From a virus (taxonomy: Duplodnaviria; Heunggongvirae; Uroviricota; Caudoviricetes): a stretch of DNA of 38,078 nucleotides. Made by a program: the position numbers and the translations under genes. The notes under the pieces are model-generated. The model made no database searches and was not told the DNA's origin. It saw nothing but the letters and a program-made list of their open reading frames with translations. The DNA lies in the IMG/VR virus record IMGVR_UViG_2561511241_000002. One strand, written 5' to 3'. Within the stretch, counting starts at the first letter, position 1. Each line of letters begins with the position of its first letter. Positions 9,001 to 17,524 of the stretch are shown here, in pieces.

Positions 9001-9951
9001 GTGAGGGACAGCCAGACTAAAGATGCAGTAATTGTTTTATACCGTGAAGTGGGGAACGGTAACGGAATACATGGTATTAAGGTCGGTTCTAAAGTAAGTG
9101 GTGATAGTAAAGGAACCATTAGGGCGGGAAGAGAACATGGTGAGGATAAAATAATTTGGGGTGAACCCTGCTATTACTGGATTATTCCTGAGTTGAATAA
9201 AATAGCATCAATCAGATTCCCCCATTCTTTCGCTGATACTTATCTCTTCGCACAATACTTCATTCAGCATGTAAATAATAATAGTAAGTTAGGTAAAAGA
9301 ACGAAATCTAAGCGTACATTTGAATCAGCTAAGACCCCTGGTCGTTGTGTGGATGTCTACAATACTAAGTTTCAATATAAAGATGGCAAAAATGAGATAA
9401 ACTGTATCTTCAAGTTTGTATTGGAAGAAACAAAACTTAAAGCCGCTGAGGAAAACTTTGAAAGGTTAAGGCATAAAATTACACACACATTGATAAAGGA
9501 TACAACGGTAATAAACCAAAATGACACAAGGCAACCATTGTTGAAGCTAACAAGTGTAGCTTTAGCATCTCTGGTGGGTGAAGAAAAGCGTAATAAGCTT
9601 ATTGGGGCACCTCCTGTTTTGGAGCAGCCTCGTAAAATTGAAGTTAAAATTGACGGTGCACCATCATCGGATGAGCTTCGAAATCTCTTCTCAATGAGAG
9701 GTGAAGAGTCTGAATGGGATGTGGGTTTTTTACTGGCTGATCGTGCTAATCCGGTTTGGCTCAGTAGCTATGTAGCCAGGACTAAACTTCCTCTTCAAGA
9801 TTCGGATGGGTTTGAGCATTATTCAGCGCGTTTTTTACTGGATGAAATAAACAAAATTCGTGATGATTTGATTAGTGAAGTAAAATATGCTGAGGAAGCA
9901 TCCATTAAAGAATCTGAAGCTGCATCCACAAAAAAGATAGCGGAAGGTTGA
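9001..9951 (+). CDS. uncharacterised cargo protein (316 aa from GTG 9001), first gene of two-gene operon; frame stays open upstream to 8752/8788 apart from one in-frame TGA at 8914
   Basis: AT-rich ORF; stop overlaps the next gene start (TGATATG). Upstream in-frame segment carries a strong SD (AAGGAG, 5 nt before GTG 8788). Candidate Rx4-6H element in ERLRHKITH (weak). Confidence 0.6.
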   Translation: MRDSQTKDAVIVLYREVGNGNGIHGIKVGSKVSGDSKGTIRAGREHGEDKIIWGEPCYYWIIPELNKIASIRFPHSFADTYLFAQYFIQHVNNNSKLGKRTKSKRTFESAKTPGRCVDVYNTKFQYKDGKNEINCIFKFVLEETKLKAAEENFERLRHKITHTLIKDTTVINQNDTRQPLLKLTSVALASLVGEEKRNKLIGAPPVLEQPRKIEVKIDGAPSSDELRNLFSMRGEESEWDVGFLLADRANPVWLSSYVARTKLPLQDSDGFEHYSARFLLDEINKIRDDLISEVKYAEEASIKESEAASTKKIAEG

Positions 9952-9952
9952 T

Positions 9953-10489
9953 ATGACAGAAACGGAAGGTTTGATAATAACAGTTGCAAAACAGCAGGCG
10001 ATTAATTTTGTTGCTGTTGTTTTGTGCTGCGTTATAAGCTATTTTTCGTTCAAAAGTTTTTCCTATAATGATGCAAAAGATATTTTAGGTGCGCTTATAA
10101 ATATTTCAGCATCTATATTCACTATTGTCGGTTTATGGGTCGGTTTTTTATATCCGAATGCAATGAATAGTATTGTTAAGGATGATGTAAGTTATATAAA
10201 AAATGAGCATGACTCACCAAGAATAGAGAAATTAGTTTATACAATAATCACATCTGCTTGTGTTATGGCTGGGATTCTAATTTTCTTTTTGGTTAAGGCA
10301 GTGTTTTATGCATTACCTGTTTATCAAGCTAATAAAGACTTGTTTAAATACATTGGTATTTTCTTCATTTACTTTATTAGCTGGATGCAATTAAAATGCG
10401 TTATGAGCCTGATTTTGAGTAATTTACATTTTGTTAATCACTTACATGGACGTTTAGCAAAAGCGAAATTAGAACACTATGATGAATAA
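9953..10489 (+). CDS. small integral membrane protein with four predicted TM helices (178 aa)
   Basis: Four hydrophobic segments (INFVAVVLCCVISYFSF, ILGALINISASIFTIVGLWVGFLY, LVYTIITSACVMAGILIFFLV, YIGIFFIYFISWMQL); translationally coupled to the upstream gene. Confidence 0.7.
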   Translation: MTETEGLIITVAKQQAINFVAVVLCCVISYFSFKSFSYNDAKDILGALINISASIFTIVGLWVGFLYPNAMNSIVKDDVSYIKNEHDSPRIEKLVYTIITSACVMAGILIFFLVKAVFYALPVYQANKDLFKYIGIFFIYFISWMQLKCVMSLILSNLHFVNHLHGRLAKAKLEHYDE

Positions 10490-10633
10490 AGTGTTCGTAT
10501 TGGCAGGAGTTACTGTGGATGTTTAACCTCAACAAGAGTAAGCCTCCTTTAACATGGGAATCACCGTTCTAACAAGCTTTGCATGTCTATGCTGCATGAA
10601 TCCGCATGATCGTTTTAGGATCGTTTTTGCTGA

Positions 10634-10658
10634 GGCCCGCCAGAACTGGCGGGCTTTT
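10634..10658. terminator. GC-rich hairpin with flanking T/A runs (bidirectional intrinsic terminator)
   Basis: GGCCCGCCAG-aa-CTGGCGGGC followed by TTTT; T-run also on the other side. Confidence 0.55.
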
Positions 10659-10702
10659 GCTTATGTCATGCACCTGCATGAAAACCACTACATAAAGCGG
10701 GC

Positions 10703-10721
10703 AGGCGTGGCGGGGATACGA
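10703..10721. other. candidate cos cohesive-end core (P2/186-like)
   Basis: GGCGTGGCGGGGATACGAG: first 13 nt identical to the 186 cohesive end as I recall it (GGCGTGGCGGGGAAAGCAT), 15/19 overall; sits in a GC-richer non-coding stretch between two AT-rich cargo blocks. Confidence 0.3.
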
Positions 10722-10856
10722 GCGCGCTCTGATATGAAAATCTGAACAAAAAATTACAAAATGGTATCTTTTTGTTGCTATCATCATTTTTGATGGTAAC
10801 TTAACCTTTTCAGTTTCTATATTATAAAATTCTATCCAGAAGAAGGAATTTGTTTC

Positions 10857-12638
10857 ATGGCTGAACTATTACCGCAAACAACTTCTATACAAACTATTTA
10901 TTCATGGTTTACTGAAGGTAAGATATTTGTTAATAGACGTTATCAACGAAAATTAGTTTGGACTGCAATAGAGAAACAAAAATTAATTGAATCCATTCAA
11001 AAAAAATATCCAATTCCTGCAGTTCTTCTCGCGGAAAGGGAAAATGATCCTGGCACATATGAAATAATTGATGGCCTACAAAGATTACATGCAATAATGT
11101 CTTTCATCGAAACAGGATATGAATCACTTGATGGAAAACGTTTTAATCTGGACGCTTTTCCCACAGCGAAAAATCGAGCGGATGAAGGTAAGTTTGTTGC
11201 AGTGAAAGCTGATAATCTTTTAAGTCAGCGTGAGGTTACTCAGTTATTGGATTATTCTCTTGCAATGTCCATTATGCGTAATGCGACTGAGAACGAAATA
11301 AATGATGTTTTTGATAGAATTAATACATACGGGCATAGACTTAGTGATCAAGAAAGGCGCCAGGCTGGTATACAAAATAAATTTTCAAATATGGTTAGGG
11401 ATATTGCCTGTTCTATCAGGGGGGATGTATCTGACGACATATTGCTTTTAGAGCAAATGCCGTCTATTAGCATTGATTTGCCACTAACTAAACATGGTTA
11501 CCAAATTCAGTCGGAAGAAGTATTTTGGGTAAAACATGGGATCTTACGTTCAACAGACCTTCGTGACAGTATGGATGAGCAATGCATTGCAGATATAGCA
11601 GCTTGTATTGTTGGAGGTAAGTTAATAGATCGTTCCAAAGATGCGCTTGATCAGATTTATAATAATGAAGATGAAGAGTATAGTCGTATTAGCTCTGCTA
11701 TTAATGTTTATGGTGAAGGAAAATTTGCAGAAGAGTTTAAATTCTGCATCCAGGAAATAACAAAAGTATGTAATAGTGACGGTGAAATTAAACTCAGGGA
11801 TTTAATCTTTACTAAACGTACTACAAATGCTTTCCCAGCCATATTTGCTGTGTTATTTATTGCTTTTCATGAATTACTCATTAAAGAAAATAAGAAGATT
11901 AATAATTATAAAGGTGTAAAAGACAATCTTAATAATATAGTCACTCGACTAGATACTAAAAGATCTGCTACTGGTGGGGAAGAGAGAAGAAAGAATATTA
12001 ATTCTATCATAGGCTTGATTAAAGATAACTTTATTGATAGCGCCGATAGCAGTCATATCTATAATTCTCACAATACGGTGGATATTGAGGATATTTTACG
12101 AAGATCTGAAATAGAGCTTGCAAATTATGAACTGAAACAGGGTTTGTTGATGTTAGGCGGAGAGCGAACTATTGATGATGGCATTCATGAGAAAATATTC
12201 TCCACAATTTGTGCTATTGCTAACATCGGTAAAGGTAACAAGAACGGTGTAGTTGGTAAGTTATTGCTTGGTGTAACAGATAAACCAAGTGATACAAGTA
12301 GAGTAAAAGAGCTTGATGATATAGATGCACATGTAGTTGGTGAGAGAAGTGTTGTTGGTGTTAAAAGAGAAGCTATTAAACTCGGCATATCAATGGAAGA
12401 ATATTATAGACGTTTTTGCGATGAGTTGAAAAAATCTGCTTTGAGTGAGCCTCTTAAATCACAAGTGGTGAGTTTGATTGACTATAATGACTTTTATGGT
12501 TATGGAGTTATAGTTATTACAATTCCACTTCTAGCATCTTATTCTAGTTATGATGGGGATATTTATTATCGTGCTGGCGATAATACCGTAAAAGCAACAG
12601 TTATCGAAGCAGCAGATATTGCAACACGTTTTAAATGA
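10857..12638 (+). CDS. DUF262 (ParB/GmrS-like N-terminal domain) protein, 593 aa, C-terminal region unassigned
   Basis: N-terminal RRYQRKLVWTAIEKQKLIESI and EIIDGLQRLHAI match the DUF262 signature (FQR..vW...Q..LIdS; IIDGQQR); no H-x-x-P His-Me finger (DUF1524) motif seen in the C-terminal half. Very AT-rich. Confidence 0.8.
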   Translation: MAELLPQTTSIQTIYSWFTEGKIFVNRRYQRKLVWTAIEKQKLIESIQKKYPIPAVLLAERENDPGTYEIIDGLQRLHAIMSFIETGYESLDGKRFNLDAFPTAKNRADEGKFVAVKADNLLSQREVTQLLDYSLAMSIMRNATENEINDVFDRINTYGHRLSDQERRQAGIQNKFSNMVRDIACSIRGDVSDDILLLEQMPSISIDLPLTKHGYQIQSEEVFWVKHGILRSTDLRDSMDEQCIADIAACIVGGKLIDRSKDALDQIYNNEDEEYSRISSAINVYGEGKFAEEFKFCIQEITKVCNSDGEIKLRDLIFTKRTTNAFPAIFAVLFIAFHELLIKENKKINNYKGVKDNLNNIVTRLDTKRSATGGEERRKNINSIIGLIKDNFIDSADSSHIYNSHNTVDIEDILRRSEIELANYELKQGLLMLGGERTIDDGIHEKIFSTICAIANIGKGNKNGVVGKLLLGVTDKPSDTSRVKELDDIDAHVVGERSVVGVKREAIKLGISMEEYYRRFCDELKKSALSEPLKSQVVSLIDYNDFYGYGVIVITIPLLASYSSYDGDIYYRAGDNTVKATVIEAADIATRFK

Positions 12639-12641
12639 AAG

Positions 12642-12663
12642 AACGCCTGCTCAGGCAGGCGTT
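12642..12663. terminator. bidirectional terminator hairpin between convergent DUF262 gene and Q
   Basis: AACGCCTGC-tcag-GCAGGCGTT, 9-bp stem, 4-nt loop, 3 nt after the DUF262 stop. Confidence 0.6.
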
Positions 12664-12678
12664 AATTATAAACAGGAA

Positions 12679-13704
12679 CTACAAAATATATTTATTAAAT
12701 GTAATTATATTTTCATCTAGCCAACAATTAAGCGCTTGCATCAATTTTTGCAAAGGTAAAAGCTCATTCCGCACAAATACCTTACTAGCTTTCTCTACAT
12801 CCCCAAACCCCCCGACATTGCTAGGCATAATCCCCATCATTTGCGGCGGTACGCGATGTGCTGCCATCATGTCATCGCGGCTGACATTTTTGATATTCAG
12901 AAACTCATCCTTCGCCGCGACTTCTGACAGAGGAATGATCTGAAGCCCATCCTTTTTGCCGTTAGGCGAGTACATAAACAGGTTGCGGAAGTTACCCGGT
13001 CCTTTGGCGCTTTTCATTGCGTTGCGGAGGTTGTTCACATCCTCCTGGTTTTGCGCGGCATCGGTCATGTACATGATGAAGCCTGCATGACTGCCGTTAA
13101 TGTAATACTTCCGGCGGAACAGCGTGGCGGACTCGTTGAGCAGAGCGGATGGAATAGCAGAAAGATAGCCAGGCAGGCCGTAGATCTCCTGATTAATATC
13201 CGGTTCCATCAGATGAAAGATGCTGCCTTTCGTGAACTGATACGGCTGGGTTGCCATACCGTATTGCACAAACCAGTAGGTATCCAGGTCTAATCCGCGT
13301 CGAGTGTATTTTGCCAGGGCAGGTTCAAGGGCGATAACTTCACCGAAGCGGTTCGTGCGTTTCTCCAGGTAGGCATTACCAAATACCAGATAGTCCTGCA
13401 CAAAACGTGAAAAAGCCTGCTGGCTGAGCAACGGGTGAGGGATATAGGTGCTGGTCAGAATGTTGCACTTTACTGCAATCGGTGAGCTGTGGTGTACGGC
13501 GGCGCGGAAGGTTCGCGCCAGGCCGTCGAAACTCACTGGTGGCTCATACCAACGGTCCATCTGTACGCATTCCACATAGTCCAGCAGTTCGCGGCGGTCC
13601 AGAACAGGAACGGGATCACCGAAGCTGAATGCTTCGGCTGAAGTCTGGTTTTTATGCTGGATCTGTTTCGTCGCCGCAGCGCGGTTCTTCTTACTCTTTC
13701 CCAT
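12679..13704 (-). CDS. Q: portal protein (P2 gpQ)
   Basis: 341 aa; start ATG overlaps P stop (TGATG); synteny Q-P divergent from O-N-M. Confidence 0.9.
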   Translation of the reverse strand: MGKSKKNRAAATKQIQHKNQTSAEAFSFGDPVPVLDRRELLDYVECVQMDRWYEPPVSFDGLARTFRAAVHHSSPIAVKCNILTSTYIPHPLLSQQAFSRFVQDYLVFGNAYLEKRTNRFGEVIALEPALAKYTRRGLDLDTYWFVQYGMATQPYQFTKGSIFHLMEPDINQEIYGLPGYLSAIPSALLNESATLFRRKYYINGSHAGFIMYMTDAAQNQEDVNNLRNAMKSAKGPGNFRNLFMYSPNGKKDGLQIIPLSEVAAKDEFLNIKNVSRDDMMAAHRVPPQMMGIMPSNVGGFGDVEKASKVFVRNELLPLQKLMQALNCWLDENIITFNKYIL

Positions 13705-15470
13705 CAAAAAATCTCCACAATATTGCTGGTATTGGCGGACTCGCCCTGCAGTGGTTCGTTAAACAGTGCGTGCATTGTTGCCCAGGCCAGATCGGCATGG
13801 CTGGCTTCTTCGCTGCGGCTGGCTTCATAGGTCGGGCGGTTGCCGCTGGCGGTGGTGGCGCGACGGATTGCCATGAATGACTGCGCAATGTCGGTGTGCC
13901 CGGCGTCAAACTCAAGACGGCGGTGGCTGATAATGTCGTAGGCCTTGAGTACCAGGGCGTTTTTAACGTTGGGGTTGTAGACAAACTCCCGGACGGCAGG
14001 AAAAAACGCTTTCACGTTCTCGTAAACCCCGTGACCAACGCCGGTTGAGTCGATGCCGATATAGGTCACGTTGTACTGTTCGGTCAGTTTTTTGATGGCG
14101 TCAGCCTGGGCGCGAAAGTCCATTCCGCGCCACTGGTGACGCTCAAGAATGCGGAACTTACCGCCTGGCACGGCTGGCGGTGCCACCACCACGCATCCGG
14201 CGCTGTCGCCGTTCTGCGTACCTTTTGCCGGGTCATAACCGATCCACACTTCGCGCCAGCCAAACGGGCGCAGGGCCAGTGCATGAAAGTCGGTCCAGAC
14301 TTCCCAGCTGTCCACCATGCACGCCTGCAATTCGCTGAGCGGGAACACGGACGCGAGATCGTCCACGAACTCGCACATCAGCAAGTTCTGGTATTCGTCA
14401 GGGCTGTACTCCATGCGCAACTGGTCAAGGTCGAACAGGTTACAGCCGCCGCGCACCGCATCTTCCACGGTGACTATCTGGCGGTATTGCCCGTCTGCGC
14501 ACAGCAGGCCGGGGGCCAGATTGCTGTGGGACAGGTCGATGTCCACCTTATCGGCTCTGTTGCGCCCACGGTTGAACAGCGCACCGGACCAGAACGGATA
14601 AGCACTGTGTGTCAGACTGGATGGCGTGGAAAAATAGGTCTGTCGCCATTTCTTGTGAATAGCCATACCGGAAGCCACTTTGCGCAGCTCCTGGAATTTC
14701 GGTATCCAGAAATATTCATCCAGATACAGGTTGCCGTGGTAACTCTGGGCCGTGCGGGCATTGGTGCCGAGGAAGTACAGCGTGGCCCCGTTAGGAAGCA
14801 CCATCGGATCGCCTTTCAGCTCCACCTCCACTTCTTTGGCGAAGTCGATGATGTACTGCTTAAAGACGTGGGCTTGTGCCTTACTGGCGGAAAGGAAAAT
14901 CTGGTTACGCCCGGTTAGCAGAGCGTCAATCAGGGCTTCACGGGCAAAATAGAAGGTCGCGCCGATCTGGCGTGACTTCAGCAGGTTGCGGATGCGGTTG
15001 GTTTTTCCGGCTTCCCACCAGTGGCGCTGGTAGTTGAACATGGAGGAATGGAAGATTTCTTCCAGCTTCTCAATCTGTTCATCGGTGAAAACGTTCTTTT
15101 CCGGCTGACGGCGCGGGCCTTTGTTGCGGTTGGCGACGTTAGGGTTTAAGTCGGCTTCGTTGCCGCCATTGTTAAACTTGCCGATCCGCGCATGGCGCTC
15201 CGACTGGCGCGCCAGCAGGTCAATCTCTTTGAAATCTTTCCCTTCTTTGTGCTCCTTCATAATGAGCTGGCAGTAGCGTGCGGCGGTGGTGAGCTGCATC
15301 TGATCCAGCGGCCCATAGTCACCCCACTTGTCGCGTTTTTTCCAGCTGTGAACGGTTGCAACTTTCTCGCCCAGCATTTCAGCAATGCGGGCTACGCGGT
15401 ATCCCTGAAAGTACAGCAGCATGGCCTGCCGACGGGGATCGAGATCTGCGGGTGTCAGTGTGGTGTTCAT
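13704..15470 (-). CDS. P: terminase large subunit (P2 gpP)
   Basis: 588 aa, length and position as P2 P. Confidence 0.9.
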   Translation of the reverse strand: MNTTLTPADLDPRRQAMLLYFQGYRVARIAEMLGEKVATVHSWKKRDKWGDYGPLDQMQLTTAARYCQLIMKEHKEGKDFKEIDLLARQSERHARIGKFNNGGNEADLNPNVANRNKGPRRQPEKNVFTDEQIEKLEEIFHSSMFNYQRHWWEAGKTNRIRNLLKSRQIGATFYFAREALIDALLTGRNQIFLSASKAQAHVFKQYIIDFAKEVEVELKGDPMVLPNGATLYFLGTNARTAQSYHGNLYLDEYFWIPKFQELRKVASGMAIHKKWRQTYFSTPSSLTHSAYPFWSGALFNRGRNRADKVDIDLSHSNLAPGLLCADGQYRQIVTVEDAVRGGCNLFDLDQLRMEYSPDEYQNLLMCEFVDDLASVFPLSELQACMVDSWEVWTDFHALALRPFGWREVWIGYDPAKGTQNGDSAGCVVVAPPAVPGGKFRILERHQWRGMDFRAQADAIKKLTEQYNVTYIGIDSTGVGHGVYENVKAFFPAVREFVYNPNVKNALVLKAYDIISHRRLEFDAGHTDIAQSFMAIRRATTASGNRPTYEASRSEEASHADLAWATMHALFNEPLQGESANTSNIVEIF

Positions 15471-15516
15471 GGCACAAACCTACAGCCTTGAATGAAGGCT
15501 TTCCCCGCCTGCGGTT

Positions 15517-15534
15517 TGTGTGGTTGTCGGTACA
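15517..15534. promoter_or_regulatory. P2-type late promoter activator site (TGT-N12-ACA) in the P/O divergent region
   Basis: TGTGTGGTTGTCGGTACA within TTTGT...ACAAA. Confidence 0.5.
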
Positions 15535-15612
15535 AATACCGCGCATTGTTTCACTGCCCCCATCACCGCAACCATAAGGCTCCAGTAAGTTTTTTCTAAC
15601 GGAGCACGGCTC

Positions 15613-16446
15613 ATGACAGTGAAAGCAAAGCGTTTTCGCATCGGGGTGGAAGGTGCCACCACCGACGGACGCGAAATCCAGCGTGAATGGCTGGAACAGA
15701 TGGCAGCCAGCTACAACCCGGCGGTGTATACCGCGCTGATTAACCTTGAGCACATCAAGTCTTATCTGCCGGACAGCACCTTTAACCGCTACGGCAAGGT
15801 GACGGCGCTGTTTGCTGAAGAAATCACGGAAGGTCCGCTGGCAGGCAAGATGGCGCTGTATGCCGACGTTGAGCCAACGGAGTCCCTGGTGGAACTGGTG
15901 AAAAAAGGCCAGAAATTATTCACCTCTATGGAAGTCAGCCCGAAGTTCGCTGATACGGGCAAAGCCTACCTGGTCGGCCTGGCTGCCACTGATGACCCTG
16001 CCAGTCTGGGTACGGAAATGCTGACATTCAGCGCCAGTGCAGCCCATAACCCGCTGGCAAACCGCAAGCAGAATCCTGCCAATCTCTTTACCGCTGCAGA
16101 GGAAACGGTGATCGAACTGGAAGAAATCCAGGACGACAAACCGTCCCTGTTTGCCCGCGTCACGGCGCTGTTTACCAAAAAAGAGCAGTCCGATGACGCC
16201 CGGTTCTCTGATGTGCATAAGGCCGTGGAGCTGGTCGCCACTGAGCAGCAAAACCTGAGCGCACGCACCGAAAAATCCCTGTCTGAGCAGGAAGAACGCC
16301 TATCTGAGCTGGAGACTGCCCTGCAGGCACAGCAAACCGCCTTTAACGAACTGGTGGACAAGCTGAGTCATGAAGACAGCCGCCAGGACTACCGCCAGCG
16401 TGCAACAGGCGGTAACGCCCCCGCTGACACTCTGACCAATTGCTGA
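15613..16446 (+). CDS. O: capsid scaffolding protein (P2 gpO)
   Basis: N-terminus FRIGVEGATTDGREI...INLEH... and YLVGLAATDDPASLGTE parallel P2 gpO. Confidence 0.85.
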   Translation: MTVKAKRFRIGVEGATTDGREIQREWLEQMAASYNPAVYTALINLEHIKSYLPDSTFNRYGKVTALFAEEITEGPLAGKMALYADVEPTESLVELVKKGQKLFTSMEVSPKFADTGKAYLVGLAATDDPASLGTEMLTFSASAAHNPLANRKQNPANLFTAAEETVIELEEIQDDKPSLFARVTALFTKKEQSDDARFSDVHKAVELVATEQQNLSARTEKSLSEQEERLSELETALQAQQTAFNELVDKLSHEDSRQDYRQRATGGNAPADTLTNC

Positions 16447-16462
16447 TGGAGCACAAAACCCG

Positions 16463-17521
16463 ATGAAGAAGAATACCCGCTTTGCTTTTAACGCTTACCT
16501 GCAGCAGCTGGCGCGTCTGAACGGTGTGGCAGTTGAAGAACTGTCCAGCAAGTTCACCGTGGAGCCGTCTGTACAGCAGACGCTGGAAGACCAGATCCAG
16601 CAGTCCGCCGCTTTCCTGACGCTGATTAACGTCACGCCAGTGACTGAGCAGTCCGGTCAGCTGCTGGGGTTGGGTGTTGGCAGCACCATTGCCGGAACTA
16701 CTGATACCACCGCGAAAGAGCGTGAACCTGTCGATCCGACGCTGATGGTCGATGTGGAATACAAATGCGAGCAGACCAACTTTGACACGGTGCTGACCTA
16801 CGCGAAGCTGGACCTGTGGGCGAAATTTCAGGATTTCCAGGTGCGTATCCGTGACGCCATCGTGAAACGTCAGGCACTGGACCGCATCATGATCGGCTTT
16901 AACGGCGTGAAGCGTGCGAAAACCTCCAACCGTAGTGAAAACCCGCTGCTGCAGGATGTGAACAAAGGCTGGCTGCAGAAAATCCGTGAGGATGCACCGG
17001 ATCACGTCATGGGCAGCACCACCACAGGCGGTGAAACCACACCGGGCGCGGTGAAAGTCGGTAAAGGTGGCGAATATGCCAACCTGGACGCCGTGGTGAT
17101 GGATGCCGTCAATGAGCTTATCGACGTGGTCTACCAGGACGATGACGATCTGGTGGTGATTTGCGGTCGTGAACTGTTGTCTGACAAGTATTTCCCACTG
17201 GTCAACAAAGAGCAGGAAAACAGTGAAAAACTCGCTGCCGATATGATCATCAGTCAGAAACGCATGGGTGGCCTGCAGGCCGTGCGTGCGCCGTTCTTCC
17301 CGCCGAATGCACTGCTGATCACCCGTCTGGATAACTTGTCCATCTACTGGCAGGAAGACACCCGCCGCCGTTCAGTTATCGACAACCCGAAACGTGACCG
17401 GATTGAAAACTTTGAATCCGTTAATGAAGCCTATGTGGTTGAGGACTACCGCTGCGCCGCACTGGTGGAAAACATCCAGATTGGTGATTTCAGCGCCGCC
17501 GCAGCAGAAGCCGGAGCGTAA
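16463..17521 (+). CDS. N: major capsid protein (P2 gpN)
   Basis: 352 aa, position after O. Confidence 0.9.
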   Translation: MKKNTRFAFNAYLQQLARLNGVAVEELSSKFTVEPSVQQTLEDQIQQSAAFLTLINVTPVTEQSGQLLGLGVGSTIAGTTDTTAKEREPVDPTLMVDVEYKCEQTNFDTVLTYAKLDLWAKFQDFQVRIRDAIVKRQALDRIMIGFNGVKRAKTSNRSENPLLQDVNKGWLQKIREDAPDHVMGSTTTGGETTPGAVKVGKGGEYANLDAVVMDAVNELIDVVYQDDDDLVVICGRELLSDKYFPLVNKEQENSEKLAADMIISQKRMGGLQAVRAPFFPPNALLITRLDNLSIYWQEDTRRRSVIDNPKRDRIENFESVNEAYVVEDYRCAALVENIQIGDFSAAAAEAGA

Positions 17522-17524
17522 ACC

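Noticed and set aside
9001-10489. Possibility that the two-gene operon is a Kiwa-like (KwaA/KwaB) system
   Set aside because: Kiwa has the membrane gene first and a DUF4868 partner; here the order is reversed and I cannot see any supporting motif, so I do not assign it.
10554-10787. Short ORFs (63 and 66 aa) in the gap between the membrane-protein gene and the DUF262 gene
   Set aside because: Region is better explained as non-coding (terminator hairpin, cos-like core); ORFs lack convincing SD and overlap each other on opposite strands.
10857-12638. Calling the DUF262 protein a canonical GmrSD type IV restriction enzyme
   Set aside because: Only the N-terminal DUF262 signature is visible; the C-terminal half lacks the His-Me finger (DUF1524) pattern, so the full GmrSD call is not supported.
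14136-14918. 260-aa plus-strand ORF inside terminase gene P
   Set aside because: Antisense to a conserved structural gene; long open frames are expected by chance in GC-rich coding DNA.
16343-17005. 220-aa minus-strand ORF antisense to capsid gene N
   Set aside because: Shadow ORF within a conserved capsid gene.
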